A stretch of DNA of 63,835 nucleotides, counting the filler, from Folioceros fuciformis (Eukaryota), in NCBI GenBank assembly GCA_049999805.1. It is 4 parts of 4 records of this genome, joined end to end, with 100 filler letters (N's around TTAATTAATTAA, not from the genome) between each part and the next. Parts side by side here need not be neighbours in the genome. Positions count along the whole stretch, not along the records: positions 21,683 to 46,257 come from JBNGIO010006178.1; 3 more parts are not named here. One strand, 5' to 3'. The notes beneath the pieces were generated by a model. That model did not search any database. It was not told the origin of the DNA and was given only the letters and a program-made list of their open reading frames with translations. A program made the position numbers and the translations under genes. Of the stretch, positions 24,568 through 36,998 are shown piece after piece. How positions within the stretch are numbered: the first letter of the stretch is position 1; every line of letters starts with the position of its first letter.

Positions 24568-26676
24568 TCACGACTCTGCTTCACTGCTACTGCTCTTGGC
24601 ATACGGGTTCAGCAGCTCTCCCACACGCATGGCGTCAGTGGAATCAGAGGTCTCCATCAACATCCAGTCTTCCACAATGCCCTGAAATCCAACCGTCACA
24701 GGCTTAGCCCAAATCACCGTGTCACCATTATCCCTGCTTTTCTTTGTCTCCATTCCCTTTTGAGATCAAACTACTTCCCTTCTTTACATTGCTTTACGTT
24801 ACCTTGCCTCTCCTTAAGAGAGTTGGCTTGGCTCCAGTCATGTCGATCACTGTCGATGGGTCATCCACGCGGACACCTCCATCTACCACGAAGTCCAAAC
24901 CCTGGAAATAGATGCAATACTGTCGTTAGAAACCATACCTATACCTGCTTTTCTCCTCTCGACCACGGGGCTAGGGGCATGGGGCTTGGCCAACATCATG
25001 ACGGAGAAGCAGAGCGACGGTCCTACCTCCCTCCCATTTGAAGGTCCATAGGTGTCGGCAATGATCACTGGATCTAGCATCCACACATCATCGGAAGGCC
25101 GCCTTACACTGCGCGTATCATACCCCATGCCATGAGCAACAACCAGCTTCAGCTTCTTCCCCACAAGCATACCACAGCACAAGAATTCCATACGAGCCGC
25201 CTACCTCGTGCACAGGAGTGGCGCGTCCAGCTTGTCGAGGAGAGCTTGACAGATGACATCTGCGGGCATGCGCACCCCGACGCTCTTCCTGGGCGCACAG
25301 CTGATAGCTGCACTTCCACCGAAGGTCGTGCATTGCTTGGGCATCTCCTTGCTGGCTGGAAGGATGATGGTGTACTGTGCACAGTGTTTCTTCAGATTAG
25401 CGTGCCTACCAGATGGACAGCACCAGGAGCAGGCATTTTCATCGCTTCACCATAAATGAGCAGCTCTGGAGCTAACCGGTCCAGGAAGGCATTGCTTAGC
25501 AGCACGAAACACATTCGTCTGCCCCTGACTGTTTCCACGAGGAAACCCAAGTGTGTAAGTATCGATGTCTTGAAATGACCGACACAGGATGCTCAAGGGC
25601 TGCACAATCAACCAACCCGACAACTGTCGTGAAAATCTGTACCCCAACCTCCGTGCTCCATCTCAAAAAATCTTCACATGAAAATTCATGCTAGAGAAAA
25701 CTCAGTACCTATCCCTCTTATACCATACCTTCTTGGGATCCATGTTCTTTACTCTGCAAAAGGAGCCGATCACAGGGGTCAGAAACAACAGAGACATGTT
25801 TGCTTGCACAAAGACATCCGCACCATCTCATTTTCATATTCATTCCACATTACGCAAACACACAAACAGATCCTACCTGTACAGCCGATCTATTGATTCT
25901 CTGTTTTGAACATCACATACTATAGCATATCTGCGGAAAAAGGAAATTCATGTCTCAAGTCAGCAACCATCAGGTATGAGGAAGCAAATTCTCGAGTGGT
26001 GAGGATGGATACACTGTATCTGTTGGTATCACTCCAACGCCACCACCTTTGATGAGCTCTATCACAGGGTCCAGCTTCCAAGCATTAGATCCAGATGGAT
26101 CGACTGTTACATACAGGAGCTGTGAAACCTAGAAAATCACAAGGATACAACAGTTTAGTTTGCGGCATGATAACAGTCAGACAACCACTGTTTTCAGGAG
26201 TGAGCTTCGTCAACAGCCAAACAAACCTAGGACAAAGTCTGGGAACAGTCGCAACACGATCAGGTCACAAAATCCGCGCTCAAGCTATGACGAACATGTT
26301 GAATAGTCCAGAGTGCCAGGAACGCAAACCCAGTGCTGCGGGAATTTACCTTACGTGCAGCGCCTGCGTACTTCAGTCTCTTCGGGCTGCGCTTCACAAC
26401 AGCCTCGACCTTCCAATCCGCCTTGCCTGTGCGGAAATCCTTATCCCACAGGCTCGAAACTCCATGGCCCCCGACCCAGGATTGAAATTGAGAGAAGCCC
26501 GAACCCACTGCGGAGCTTCTCCGGAAAGCCAGACTGTCAGAACATACCAGGGAGGAGGAAAAGGGACTGGCAATGATACAAGGGCGACCAGAGGTCGAAG
26601 CGCAAGAAGGACGGGATTCCATCAAGTTGCTTGACGCCATGGCCAGCTGCCTGACCTGGCCTGTACAGAAAGCCAT
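24568..26676 (-). CDS. YrdC/Sua5-domain (YciO-like) protein with probable organellar transit peptide, multi-exon
   Basis: Spliced exons: KRSPKRLKY; LLYVTVDPSG..VGVIPTDTV; YAIVCD; PLSILCRSFQDIDTYTLGFPRG..CLPGP; YTIILPASK..RKSVGVRMP; WMLDPVIIADTYG; GLDFVVDGG..PSTVIDMT..RRGK; GIVEDW. GT-AG borders. Start may be 26640. Confidence 0.9.
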
Positions 26677-27809
26677 TGATGCTTGCAGCACCTTGCTACC
26701 AACAATTTGAACCGGGTTCCTGTTAAAGCAGAGAGATCAGCTAGGAGATCAACACCATCTGCCCGCAGCATTTCACAGCCAATTGAATGCCAATCCGAAG
26801 AATCTGGCTGAAAGATACCAACACATCGTAATCAGTATTCAATTTGCACGCAATGCATGGGCTGAAGCGTAAGGGACAAGCAACAGCAGGAGGATGATGT
26901 TTTCCGTTCATTTTTCGCTTCTCTTTTCACAAGCAGGGTAATGGGATCTGACTGGACCAACTCTGCTTGATGTGATGTAATCTTGGTACTGCGAGAGATA
27001 ATAGGGGGCCTGCTGTGCCTTCTTGATTGGATGATGGGGGGCAGGTGTCTGCCCCGATGTCAGGGACATAGAAGATAGAGCCACGTTCAGGTAAAGCTGG
27101 TAGCTTGACAGGGTGGTCGATACCTGGTTGCCGGCCCCTCCGATTGGTGCGCACCAGCTTCCATGTTTGCGAGCCCAACGTATCAGCAAGCTCAGGACAT
27201 CCTGTGACATCGGATTGAGGTGGAAAAGCGACTCTTACTGCAGTCCGTGTCGCCTGATGAATGTCGACCTACAGTAGTGCATTCACACCCATGCTCCCGG
27301 GATGGTCGCAGTCAAACAGATAGCTATACATCCGAGGATCGAGGAAAAGCCAGAGTTTGGCCGGCACCGCTGCCGCCGTTGGGTTGTGCGTGTCAGTTCA
27401 GTGTTTCCAGACCCAGACAAGCAAAACCATCGCTGCTCCAGGAGCCAACAAATAGAAAAGCACCAATCCATCGGACAGCCCATCCGCTGGATACTTGAGA
27501 GAAAAGAACAGTTTGAGACAATGGAGAAGGTACATGCCAGATTCAGTGGGGAGGCTTGACATCATTCATTGCATGCCGCCAATCCATGTCTAGACAACAC
27601 TTCCTTGTATTCTATCCGTCAAGGTTCTCAAATTTTCCGAGTTGAAAATGTGAACTCTGTGATTCACGGAGAAGAAAATGTGAAGGAAACCACCACATCT
27701 GGTTCCTCAGTCAGACACGACAATATTCTGCACTGTTATCTAGGTAGATGCCACAAATACATAAACCTCTCCTGAAACCTGTGATCTGCTAATTTGGTAA
27801 TTATACGGC

Positions 27810-29299
27810 TCATTTCAGTCCTGTGCCATCACAGAGTCCAGTTGAATTGTCACAGAAACCGTTCTTGTCCAGCAACAACGGTGCAGGGGCACTCAGCTCG
27901 GGGGCAGATGGAGTGCCGTAAGCATTTCGACGAGCATTGCCGCACCCCAGGCTTTTTCTTGTGCTCATGCCTGTCACGGGGTTCGTTCCACTAGCATATT
28001 TGCAGAGTGCCTGGCACCATCCGAGACAGACAGAACCCACCATCTCAGTGAGTTTCACAAAGCTCCTCAACAAATCCATCCATACTTCACACTATACCTG
28101 CTTTTGAGGAAGATCCAAAACGGCGTCGCTAAAGTCAGCGCCATCGATTTTCGCAAGTCCTAAATCGCTTCGAGTCAAAACTGCCCTGACAAGAAGAGCA
28201 TTGGTCAGGTCCGCTTCATTGAGCACCTACACATCACAGGCTGAGGGGATGAGTTAGTGTGGATAACCACAAGATCTGGAAAATCATCCTCCCTACAGCA
28301 TTGGTGGTCACAAGGCTCAGTCCAGTTGTAACTGACGCTATAGCACCTACCGATCGGTCGATCAATGTGTCACTCAAATCCGCACCTGCATTGGAAGATA
28401 TGGCCGCGGTCAATCTTGCAGGCGTGTAAGAAAACGGGTATGCATATGGCAATCTTCTGCAAATTGAATCTGCTTAGCAACACAACAGGACAGTAGGATC
28501 TTTCCCTTACCCTGAAAGTTTGTCTTGAAGGCGACAATCTTCTCTAGGTAGGCTCCATTGAACGTGCACCCGCTGAAATCCGCTTCCCTCATGTCTGCTG
28601 ATGTGAAATTGGCTCTCCTGAGACATCACCTACCGGTACCGTAAAATTGTTGTCCACAAGCCGTATTCCTACTTGGAGAGTATGGCACATTCTGCAGGAA
28701 AGGACCGGTCACCTGAAGTTTTCGTTGGCATGATTGGTCTTCCTGCAACAACAAAAAAAGAGGACTCACCATGCAGTCTCGAAGCACAAAACCAATGCCA
28801 TGGTCGGCAGAGATCCTTCCGACAAACTTGAATGGCCACGCTGACACAACACGATAATGAGAGAGCACCTTAAGTCAGCAGAACCATATTGCGCGGCAGA
28901 TCCGATACCGAATTCCCCTCGAGTGCCTTCCTCGTATTTATTCAAAGCAGCTCCGGCTTGCAAATCTGTGCCGATGACTACTACAGCGACAGCAGCAGCG
29001 ATGACTTTCTTCCATGCGTTGGTGTCTGCATCCACTCTTCACCAATGCTGGCCATTACACTTCCCATCCAAATTCTCCTTGCGAGCAAAAATCACGAGCA
29101 ACTCGCCACTCAAAAAAAATCGATCACACTCACCTGCGGTGTCCGCGCCGCATTGCCGATCCTCCTCACTCCATGACGAGCATGGCACACGGTAAGAGCA
29201 CGATGCCGCAGAAATTCTGCATGAGACCGCATTGGACCGCAAATTCGCTGTGCAGGACGCCGGCTTGAAACCTGGCACCGTCTTGAAGCACAGCGCCAT
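27810..29299 (-). CDS. TL20.3: Thylakoid lumenal pentapeptide-repeat protein (TL20.3-like), multi-exon
   Basis: LNKYEEGTRGEFGIGSAAQYGSADL; RANFTSADMREADFSGCTFNGAYLEK; GADLSDTLIDR; ALCKYASGTNPVTGMSTRKSLGCGN; bipartite-looking N-terminus. Confidence 0.9.
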
Positions 29300-29696
29300 C
29301 GAGCTCAACTGCTGGCTGGGAGGACTACGGAATGGATGCGAAAAGTAGAGGCTAAGACCGGGACACAGATTTGGATGACCTGCAGAACGGATAGGGACCC
29401 CAGGGCTAAAGATATCCAAAAGTAGCCTGAGGACACAGGAGCTATGCTATGGATGAGGATTTAACACGTTTGTGCAGCATCGGGATGGCCCACTGCGACA
29501 CTTGCGCGGCTTTACGAGCAGCCGCGATTGCAGGCATCCTGGTCTTGTGGGAACATCGTGATTACAGAACTTAACGGTGATTCGACTCCTCAACGTGCCG
29601 AGAGTTTTGGACGGGTGAGAATCGAATCAGAAAGCGACAACAGCCAGAATGCGCAAGTCTTCACAGTACTCACCAAGCGTATGTGAAGGTCACTGA

Positions 29697-29797
29697 ACGC
29701 CCAAATCTGTGTCTCTCGACTGTGCCCAAATCTTTATCTCTCGACCATGCCCAAATATGTATCTGTCGACCATGCCCAAATATGTATCTCTCGACTC
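29697..29797 (+). repeat. Four degenerate ~25-bp tandem units (CCCAAAT..TCTCGAC..TG)
   Basis: Read directly. Confidence 0.7.
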
Positions 29798-30523
29798 CTA
29801 GCCGTGTGCAATGGCTTCTGTTGCGATTGTCAAGCAGACAAGCCAACGAAGTGTTGAACGCTGCGCACACAGCTACTCTGCTGTAGATGAAGAAGTACAC
29901 CTAGGAGATTGCAAACCGGTTGGAGCAGATTAAGGGGAGCAGCGGGTCTGAAACTTCCTGACCGCCAAGCTTAAGGTCCTCTGCAGTCCTGTAGGCACTG
30001 CAGTTGGCCCATGAAGCCATCTCGTACATTTGACGAAATAAGGATTCCTTCCACCTTCCGACGGGCTTGGCTACAGCCCGTTTCTTCGTGCATTGTTCCC
30101 TGTAAAGAAGACCAAATTCCGGCATAGGTGACACTGCGTAAGGTCCCCTGTCTTCATAGCTTCCTGGACGTATTTGGGCTGCTAAGGGTGAAGCTCATGC
30201 TGTTGTGCGTGCTCATGTTTCGTCTAATTCAAGGAAGGCAACCCAAGAAAAACAAAATCCACGGCATGCGGTACCTCCCGAACATGTGTGGCTATGATCA
30301 CTAATCGTGAAACTGGTGCGTTGCGACCCCCCAGATTCATACTTGCTTGTAGGTGTACAACCGAATATCAGACTCATCAGGAACCCACCTCTCTTGTCGC
30401 CTTCTCACTGCTGGAGACAAAGGAGATGGTGTGGCAGTTCTTCTTGCCTCCGTATGTTTTACAAGCCTCATATGTGACGTGTTAACAGCATAGTGAGTGA
30501 GAGATGTTTTAACCCGGAGCGAA

Positions 30524-30769
30524 ATGGATGGCCGCTGCAAGCTCAAAAGCTTCATTGCCCTGCTTACTGCTCTTGTGTTAATACTGTTTAACAGTGCCTT
30601 AACATCGTGCGAGAGTGAAGGAACCAATGTCGTCTTCCAGTTGGCTCAAAGAGATGTTCCCAGCCTGGAGCAGGAGCTGCCGGTAGACTTGCTAGATGAC
30701 CGCGTCTTGAAGCGCATGCCATTGGGATCTGAAGTAAATTTAGGTAGGGTGGGGCCGATTGTTGGGTGA
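30524..30769 (+). CDS. Putative small secreted peptide precursor (81 aa)
   Basis: MDGRCKLKSFIALLTALVLILFNSALTSCES is signal-peptide-like; acidic spacer; KR dibasic site before a short Gly/Pro tail. No homology recognised. Confidence 0.45.
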   Translation: MDGRCKLKSFIALLTALVLILFNSALTSCESEGTNVVFQLAQRDVPSLEQELPVDLLDDRVLKRMPLGSEVNLGRVGPIVG

Positions 30770-31188
30770 CTGTGCCTGTCACTGTGTGAATACACAGCAA
30801 ATTTAAAGGGCACCGCGAGCTAAAGATATCCAACCATGTGCACACAGTGAGTGAGTGGCAAGGCACAGGATCTGATGAGATTTATTAGCACGTTCATCAT
30901 GGTCCACTACGCTCGTTCCGCGGTTAAGACAAAGTTGGAGAGGCCGGCTAATACACATACAGTATGTATGTAGTTGCAAGCATCCTGCTTCCTGGGAACG
31001 TGAGGTGGTTTCGGAATCCCGAGCTAACTTACGATAAATGGAAAACAGGAGTACTGACGACACCTGCCAAGCACAGTCAAACTTCCCCTGAAAATCGACT
31101 GGGCTGTGGATGACCGCTGCCATGCCTGAAAAGTATCTGTCATGTGCTTTTCTAGTTCTAAGAGTGTTTTGCGATTGTCTTGAGCATG

Positions 31189-32918
31189 TCAGCAGACCAG
31201 CCCCTGAAACATGAGCAACACCATGCACGATGTCCACACAAAACCGACTCCAGATGACAGCAAAGCCGGAGATGATGAGCTGCCGGGTGTAGGAGCTGGA
31301 ACTGGAGAATCCCCGTCCAAGGCATTGGATGCTGCAACATTTCCCACACAGCCCATATACAGGTGAGAAGGGCCAAACAAGCGAAACACACTGCCCGTTT
31401 CTTCTGCTGCCTGGACACATCAGTTGATGGGGATGGCAGGCAGTACTATGAAAGCCTGATAACTGAAGGGGCATGCATCAGACAGTGCAAGGGAGCAGAT
31501 TACCTAGGTCCGGTCAAAATGTTCACTGTTAGTTTCAAGACCGAGGCTCCCAAGTGTTCTTCACATGTCAAGAAAGCACCCCAAGTCGACACAAGCTTTG
31601 AAGGTGCATCATCAGCTTCCAATTGGCTAGGATCAAACGCTAGCCAGGAGAAAATGGAGGATGATCACAGGATGCAAGCACATGACACACCACAGAACCA
31701 AGAACCAGAGAGCGACAGCAGTTGGGTGAGCGGAACATGGAAGAACGCAATACCTGTTTTGGACAGCGTCCACTGGGGATCGTCGTAGTTCACTGACCAG
31801 AAGTAATACCCTCTCAGATTCCATCTCTTGGCGTACTCGATCTTGCCACGCACTGACTCAGGGCTGTCAAAGCCAACCCACAGGCCAGTTGTATCATAAG
31901 CAAAGGATGATACACTCTGATTGTCATACACCGTCGTCACCCCCTCCTTGTTGGAGAACTCCACCGCCTCCCTGTAGAGAAACAGCCCCGGTGTTCTACT
32001 CAAATTCTGCGGTGTCCCGAGACCTATGGCAGGAGAACCAATAGTGTGGTTGGCCACGTCTGTCAATATCCAGGAAACACCATACGCCGGGATCCCGAAA
32101 ACCAGCTTCGAGGGTGGGAAACCGGCAAGAAGCCACGACTGGACTCCGTAGTTTCCACTCAACTCCCCCGAGATACTCAGCCTCCCTGAAGCAAAAAGAG
32201 GAGCATTGTAGTTAACCACCGTCTTCTCCCAGCTACCGTGCAAGTCGTATGTCATAAGGTTGACAAAATCCAGGGTACTTGCCAAGGAGGAAATTGGGTA
32301 GGCTCTGCCATCCCTGAAGATGAGAGCCGAGGCGTAATAAACAGCGGCAGTGAGCAGCAAGGCATTCCGATCGGTCGCCACACTTTCTGCCACCACAGCA
32401 GCTCTCCACTCCTGCAAGAATTCCCCAAATAGCTGCATATTCTCAGCAGTTCTCGGGTACTCGTAGTCCAAGTCCAAGCCATCAAAGCCGTTGGCCCGGG
32501 CCAGAGCAATGGAGCTGTTTATAAACACGGAGCGCGACTCGGGCTTGGCCGTCATGTTACCCAGCACGTTCGCATCGTCAGTTGCGATGGAAATCAAGGA
32601 CTTGACAGCAGGGTTACGCGCTTTCACAGCTTGGCTGAACCCGGAGAGCTGCTGCGCAGTCACAGGACTGCCGGGAACCACCTGGAAGGTGACGGTATCC
32701 ACTTGCGCGAACGCAAAGAACAAGTGAGTGAAAAGGTTGCTGGCAATGGTAGCTGGGGGTAGCACCCTGGCAAAGCCTGCATTCCAATATCCCCCTTTCA
32801 CGGCCTCCTGTGCCTGAGCCGCACCCCGCCCTGAGGTCCATGACAAATGGAGTAGCACAAACACCAGCGAGACCTGGCGGAGCCGATCGCCCGCTGCGCA
32901 CAGTCCTCTTCTCACCAT
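31189..32918 (-). CDS. GH18 class V chitinase, two exons (32918-31754, 31331-31189), with C-terminal GPI-like signal
   Basis: Signal peptide; VKGGYW; FTHLFFAFA; catalytic FDGLDLDYEYP; NLMTYD; YYFW. A phase-1 intron joins WTLSKT to ASNALDG...hydrophobic tail. Confidence 0.9.
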
Positions 32919-34086
32919 GAAGCCGGTCTCTTCCTCGTGCTCGTAGCTCCCACGGAGCGCAGGCCGGACAAGATGCCGGTACAGCCCAGACATCCGCAGG
33001 GGCTTTGAGCTGTAAACTACATCGATCTTGAAGACAAGACGCAGGACTTTCGAATGTGGCGAGTCAGGAGCGACGAGCGCAGTAAGCGTGACGCAAGAGT
33101 TAGAGTCTGACAAGATCAGGAATTGCAGGGATACGAAGATCCCCTGAATGCTTGATGCATCAGGGCCCGCCCAAGAGCAGGTCCCGGGCCTCACGACGGA
33201 GTGCCCTCTCTTGTCGGCGTCGTGTTTTGCCCCATTTCCTTGCGTGCTTCCGATCGAAGGTTCGCAGTTGACGCCACCTCCTCAACTCCTGCGTTCCCGC
33301 CACGTGGCGGACCGACATAGTTTCTCAAGCACACATCTTGGACTTCGGGGTTTGCATACTGTATTGGCAGTGCCAACCTCGGGAAAGCCCTTTTTCTTAA
33401 CAACTGGGCCCCAAAACCTTGGAAGAAAAGGGATATTTTTCCAAAAACAAGAGCTTTGAGCAGCCAACAAAAGTGCAAAAAAGTGGGTGAAAAAGTGGCA
33501 GATGTTTTACTCCATGTACTTCAAAAATATATCTTTAATTTGTATTATACTTGAACTTAAAGAATGTTAATCCAATTCATAGATCAAATCATATAAATTT
33601 TTATTTTCAAGGATGATAATAAGGAATAACTTTCAACGGGACTCAAAAGAGTAGTGTCGAGACATAAAGAATCCCATAATCCATAGATATTGGTTAAGAC
33701 TACAAGTTTAAGTATGTATTTCTACATGAATTTTGCTTCCATTCCGTTTTAAATTTCATCTTAGGTTACTACATGCAAATTGCTGCCAAATCCATTGATT
33801 ATAGGAATGTCGAAGCAATCAAGTCTTTCCGAGTGGCTCTGCAGGCAAGAGATCTAAAAGAAGAATCGTCAAAGAATGTTATAGATTAGTTTTGTAGTGT
33901 TGAGGAGGTATTTTCTATGATTGAAAAAGAGATGGAAAGTCCCATCTACTCCAAAGATTGGAGGAACAACCCCATCAGGGCCAAAGGCAAAAAGAGGTAC
34001 TCTCCCCTGCGAATAACATTTTCAAAAACTACCTACTGCTTCGAAAATGTCATGATGTGGAATAACAAAAGGCCTACCTACCACAG

Positions 34087-34513
34087 GTAGGTGCCAAAGA
34101 AGCCACTTGAGCTTCGCTTGTTGCTGTTCTAAAAACTGCAGTAGCCAATGCTCGTTGCAAAGCTATGGATACACGTTGTCGAAAGAAGGCCACCACAAAG
34201 GAAAGAGGGAGAACACCATTCCTATTGCTCTAATAAACCTTGGCGCAAACCTTGGCGCACTCTTTGATAAACCTTGAAAAGTCCTTGCCCATAGCTCCAT
34301 GAGTCTCAAGAGCAAGGGGATGAAAGTATGCCGGTTTGGCAAGGGAGAATACTTATAGACTTCGGCACTTGCACAGCCCTCTGCCGCCAAACTAGGAGGG
34401 TTGATGATGACGTACTCACAAATTGAATTCCTAGTGGGATCCATAACAACCACATCAGCAACACAAACCTATTCTCCCCTAGTGAAGAAAAGGTCGGTAG
34501 TGTTGCGTGAGGA
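34087..34513 (-). mobile_element. Restriction-like endonuclease end of a CRE-like non-LTR retrotransposon, degenerate
   Basis: DLFFT...ADVVVMDP...YKY...HTFIP/ALETHGAMG...FFRQRVSIALQRA, with one frameshift and stops. Confidence 0.7.
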
Positions 34514-36266
34514 TGTTAAATGTGAGAGGTTTAGGACAATACATCAAAATAGTAATGGTTCTAAATTAATAGTTAAATACACATGCTATAAGTGAATGGT
34601 AAAGGCACTTTGCTTGTAATCTAAGCGAGGTAGTTATTATAAAATAAATAGTGTCTAAAATAGTAACATGGTAACCCTCAGAGACCATGGCCATTCTATG
34701 TGGTGAAGTGGTGATAAGGATTATTGTTTATACTATTAGTGTTCTCACGTCATCTATCACCCTCCGGTGTCTAGTTTGTAGTTCCTCTCAATAAAGGCTA
34801 GATCATAATTTGTCTAGCATTCTTTTCCCAGCAACCTCTTTACTAGATCAAGTAGACGTGAAATCAATACGATACAGAATTTTGGTGTCAACCTCACCGA
34901 CATGCTGGAAGGCGTAAAATTGTCCTCCAAGACAAATTTCCTCTCAATACCATGGCTATGTTGGGGACTGTTCATCATCCTCGCTTTGCTCTTGGCCATA
35001 AACAGCATGAATCCCAACATTGCATAATCTCCTATCAGGAAGTGAAATGAGTTGTGCGTGTTGTGAAATTATTTAAGGGTTATGTAGACCAATTGCAATT
35101 AAGCAATTACATATTAAGGAAGATTATTTCTATTATATCAAGAAGAACATAAATTATTAATTAATGAAAGGAGGTAACCAAGTTTCAAATGATGCACATG
35201 GGTGTGCCCTTTGGCTAGATGCACAACCCTTAACCAATAGATATGATTATTTATATTTGGATATAACTTATCTATAAATGACTTGTCACCTAATTATAAG
35301 CTGTAAAACCCCTAAACCCTAAGGAGGCAATAGCACATATTTCCCTCTTCATGTTAGACTTCCTGGATGAGAGGGAGTGTGTGGGAGGGTGTGGCCCAAG
35401 TGGAAGAATACCACATGCCGGTGCATTTGGTGCTGCACTACCTAACACTACTAGAATAAGGGGTGTTCTTTTTGTTATGGTTTTGTAACTCTTTTTGTTG
35501 CACTTTATCACACTATGTAACACTTTTGGGGGAGGCCTAAGTGTGGATGGCCCTAAATATACTAGATATTAATACGGTATATTCTTTCCACATTTCACTC
35601 CGCGTGAAACATAGAAGCACTAAAAGCTAGTGAGCTAGGTATTTCGCATGTCCTTCCATGTGCCACTTCCTGGAAAGCAGGGAGTGCACTGCACACCGTC
35701 CAAGGGACCATCCCTCAAACCTGATGGGATCCACTCACCGCCACGATGTAGGAAGCTAGCCCGCTGCGGGCTGGCTTCCTACAATAGCAGTCACATGGCT
35801 CAACATGCAGTGGGAACATGAGAAGTTGCTGAAGGAGAAACTGGAAGAGATTGAAGGTGGAAAAAAGCAGCATAAGTGGAGCTAGCAATGGCGACATCGC
35901 TAAAAAGAGAAAGACGACACGGTCCTTTGGATCTAGCGGGGGGGAGCATCTGGCGAGTGATGGCGAGGGTGTAGCATGTTAGGGTCATAGGGACGCTCAG
36001 GACATAACGCCCTTGAGCCCCCCACGTGGGGGCTCGACAGTCAACACTTGGGCAGATATTGTGGGAGATCGTAACCATAATCTGAACAACAGAAGGATAG
36101 AGGGTCAAGGTGGTACAAAATTGCATACGAGGGGTCAGGGTGCATCACCAACACATGTCACTTGGGGTGATGGCCCTTCCTCGGTACAACCACAAAACTC
36201 TATCTTTGCCGCTGACACCAAGGCTTGCACTCATGATCAGTCACCAAGGTCCCCCCTCATGGTAGT

Positions 36267-36998
36267 ATGGAGAATCTTCGGCTAGGACCGCTAGCAGATG
36301 TCCTCGTAGAAGCCAACTATTTTGAAGCCGAGGAAGAACGTCTGTTTAGCAGCTCGGTGGTGGGTAGGCTTTCAGCAAGGGCCCCTCCATTTGTACGGGA
36401 GATTGAGGAGTGGTTAATGGAGGTTACTGGCAACCCACCAGTGTATGCTTTCTTGAAGGAGGATGGATTGTTTCAAATTAAGTGCGATGAGGGCAGTGGG
36501 GCGAAATCGCTTTTATAGACTTCTACTCTCTTCAGGAAGTCCACTCCCGTTTTGATAGAAGCATGGTCTCCGGGGAATAGCCTCAAACAATCAAAGATCA
36601 AGCACCATCTTTTATGGGTAAGGCTTCCAATTCTACTTGTGCAATTGTTACCGATGGTTAGGACAATGTTGGAAGCACTCGAACGAATGGTGGTAGTTCT
36701 GAAAGTCAACTCTGATTTCTTTGATGTGACAAAGCCATCGAGGTTTGGAGTTCGAGTGGAGTCTCTAGCCTCTCTACCTGCAGGCGTGGTAATGAAGGAT
36801 ATACCAAATCCTTCAAAGAGGTATACCCAGCTTTTTTATTACCTTGACCTGCCATTACGATGCGGGGTATGCAACTTTCACAGCCACCTCAAGCAACACT
36901 GTCCACTACGGGCCAGCATAGGGACAAGGGCAATAGGTATAGATGAATTGAAGCAAGGTCCTCTGTCAGGTTTTCGAGGTGTGTCTAAGGAGTCTTGA
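36267..36998 (+). mobile_element. L1-type LINE ORF1 remnant (DUF4283-like plus CCHC zinc knuckle)
   Basis: VVGRL...GLFQIK...IEAWSP...LWVRLP...LPLRCGVCNFHSHLKQHCP; one in-frame TAG. No ORF2 seen. Confidence 0.75.

Noticed and set aside
26908-27559. Short ORFs between the YciO-like and TL20.3 genes
   Set aside because: No recognisable motifs; probably UTR or intergenic.
31665-33194. 509-aa single-exon chitinase as listed in the ORF track
   Set aside because: It begins at a non-ATG codon upstream of the signal peptide and reads through a GT donor at 31753.
35371-35592. Possible PPT plus short LTR (TGTGG...CCACA)
   Set aside because: No TSD, partner LTR or coding domain to support it.
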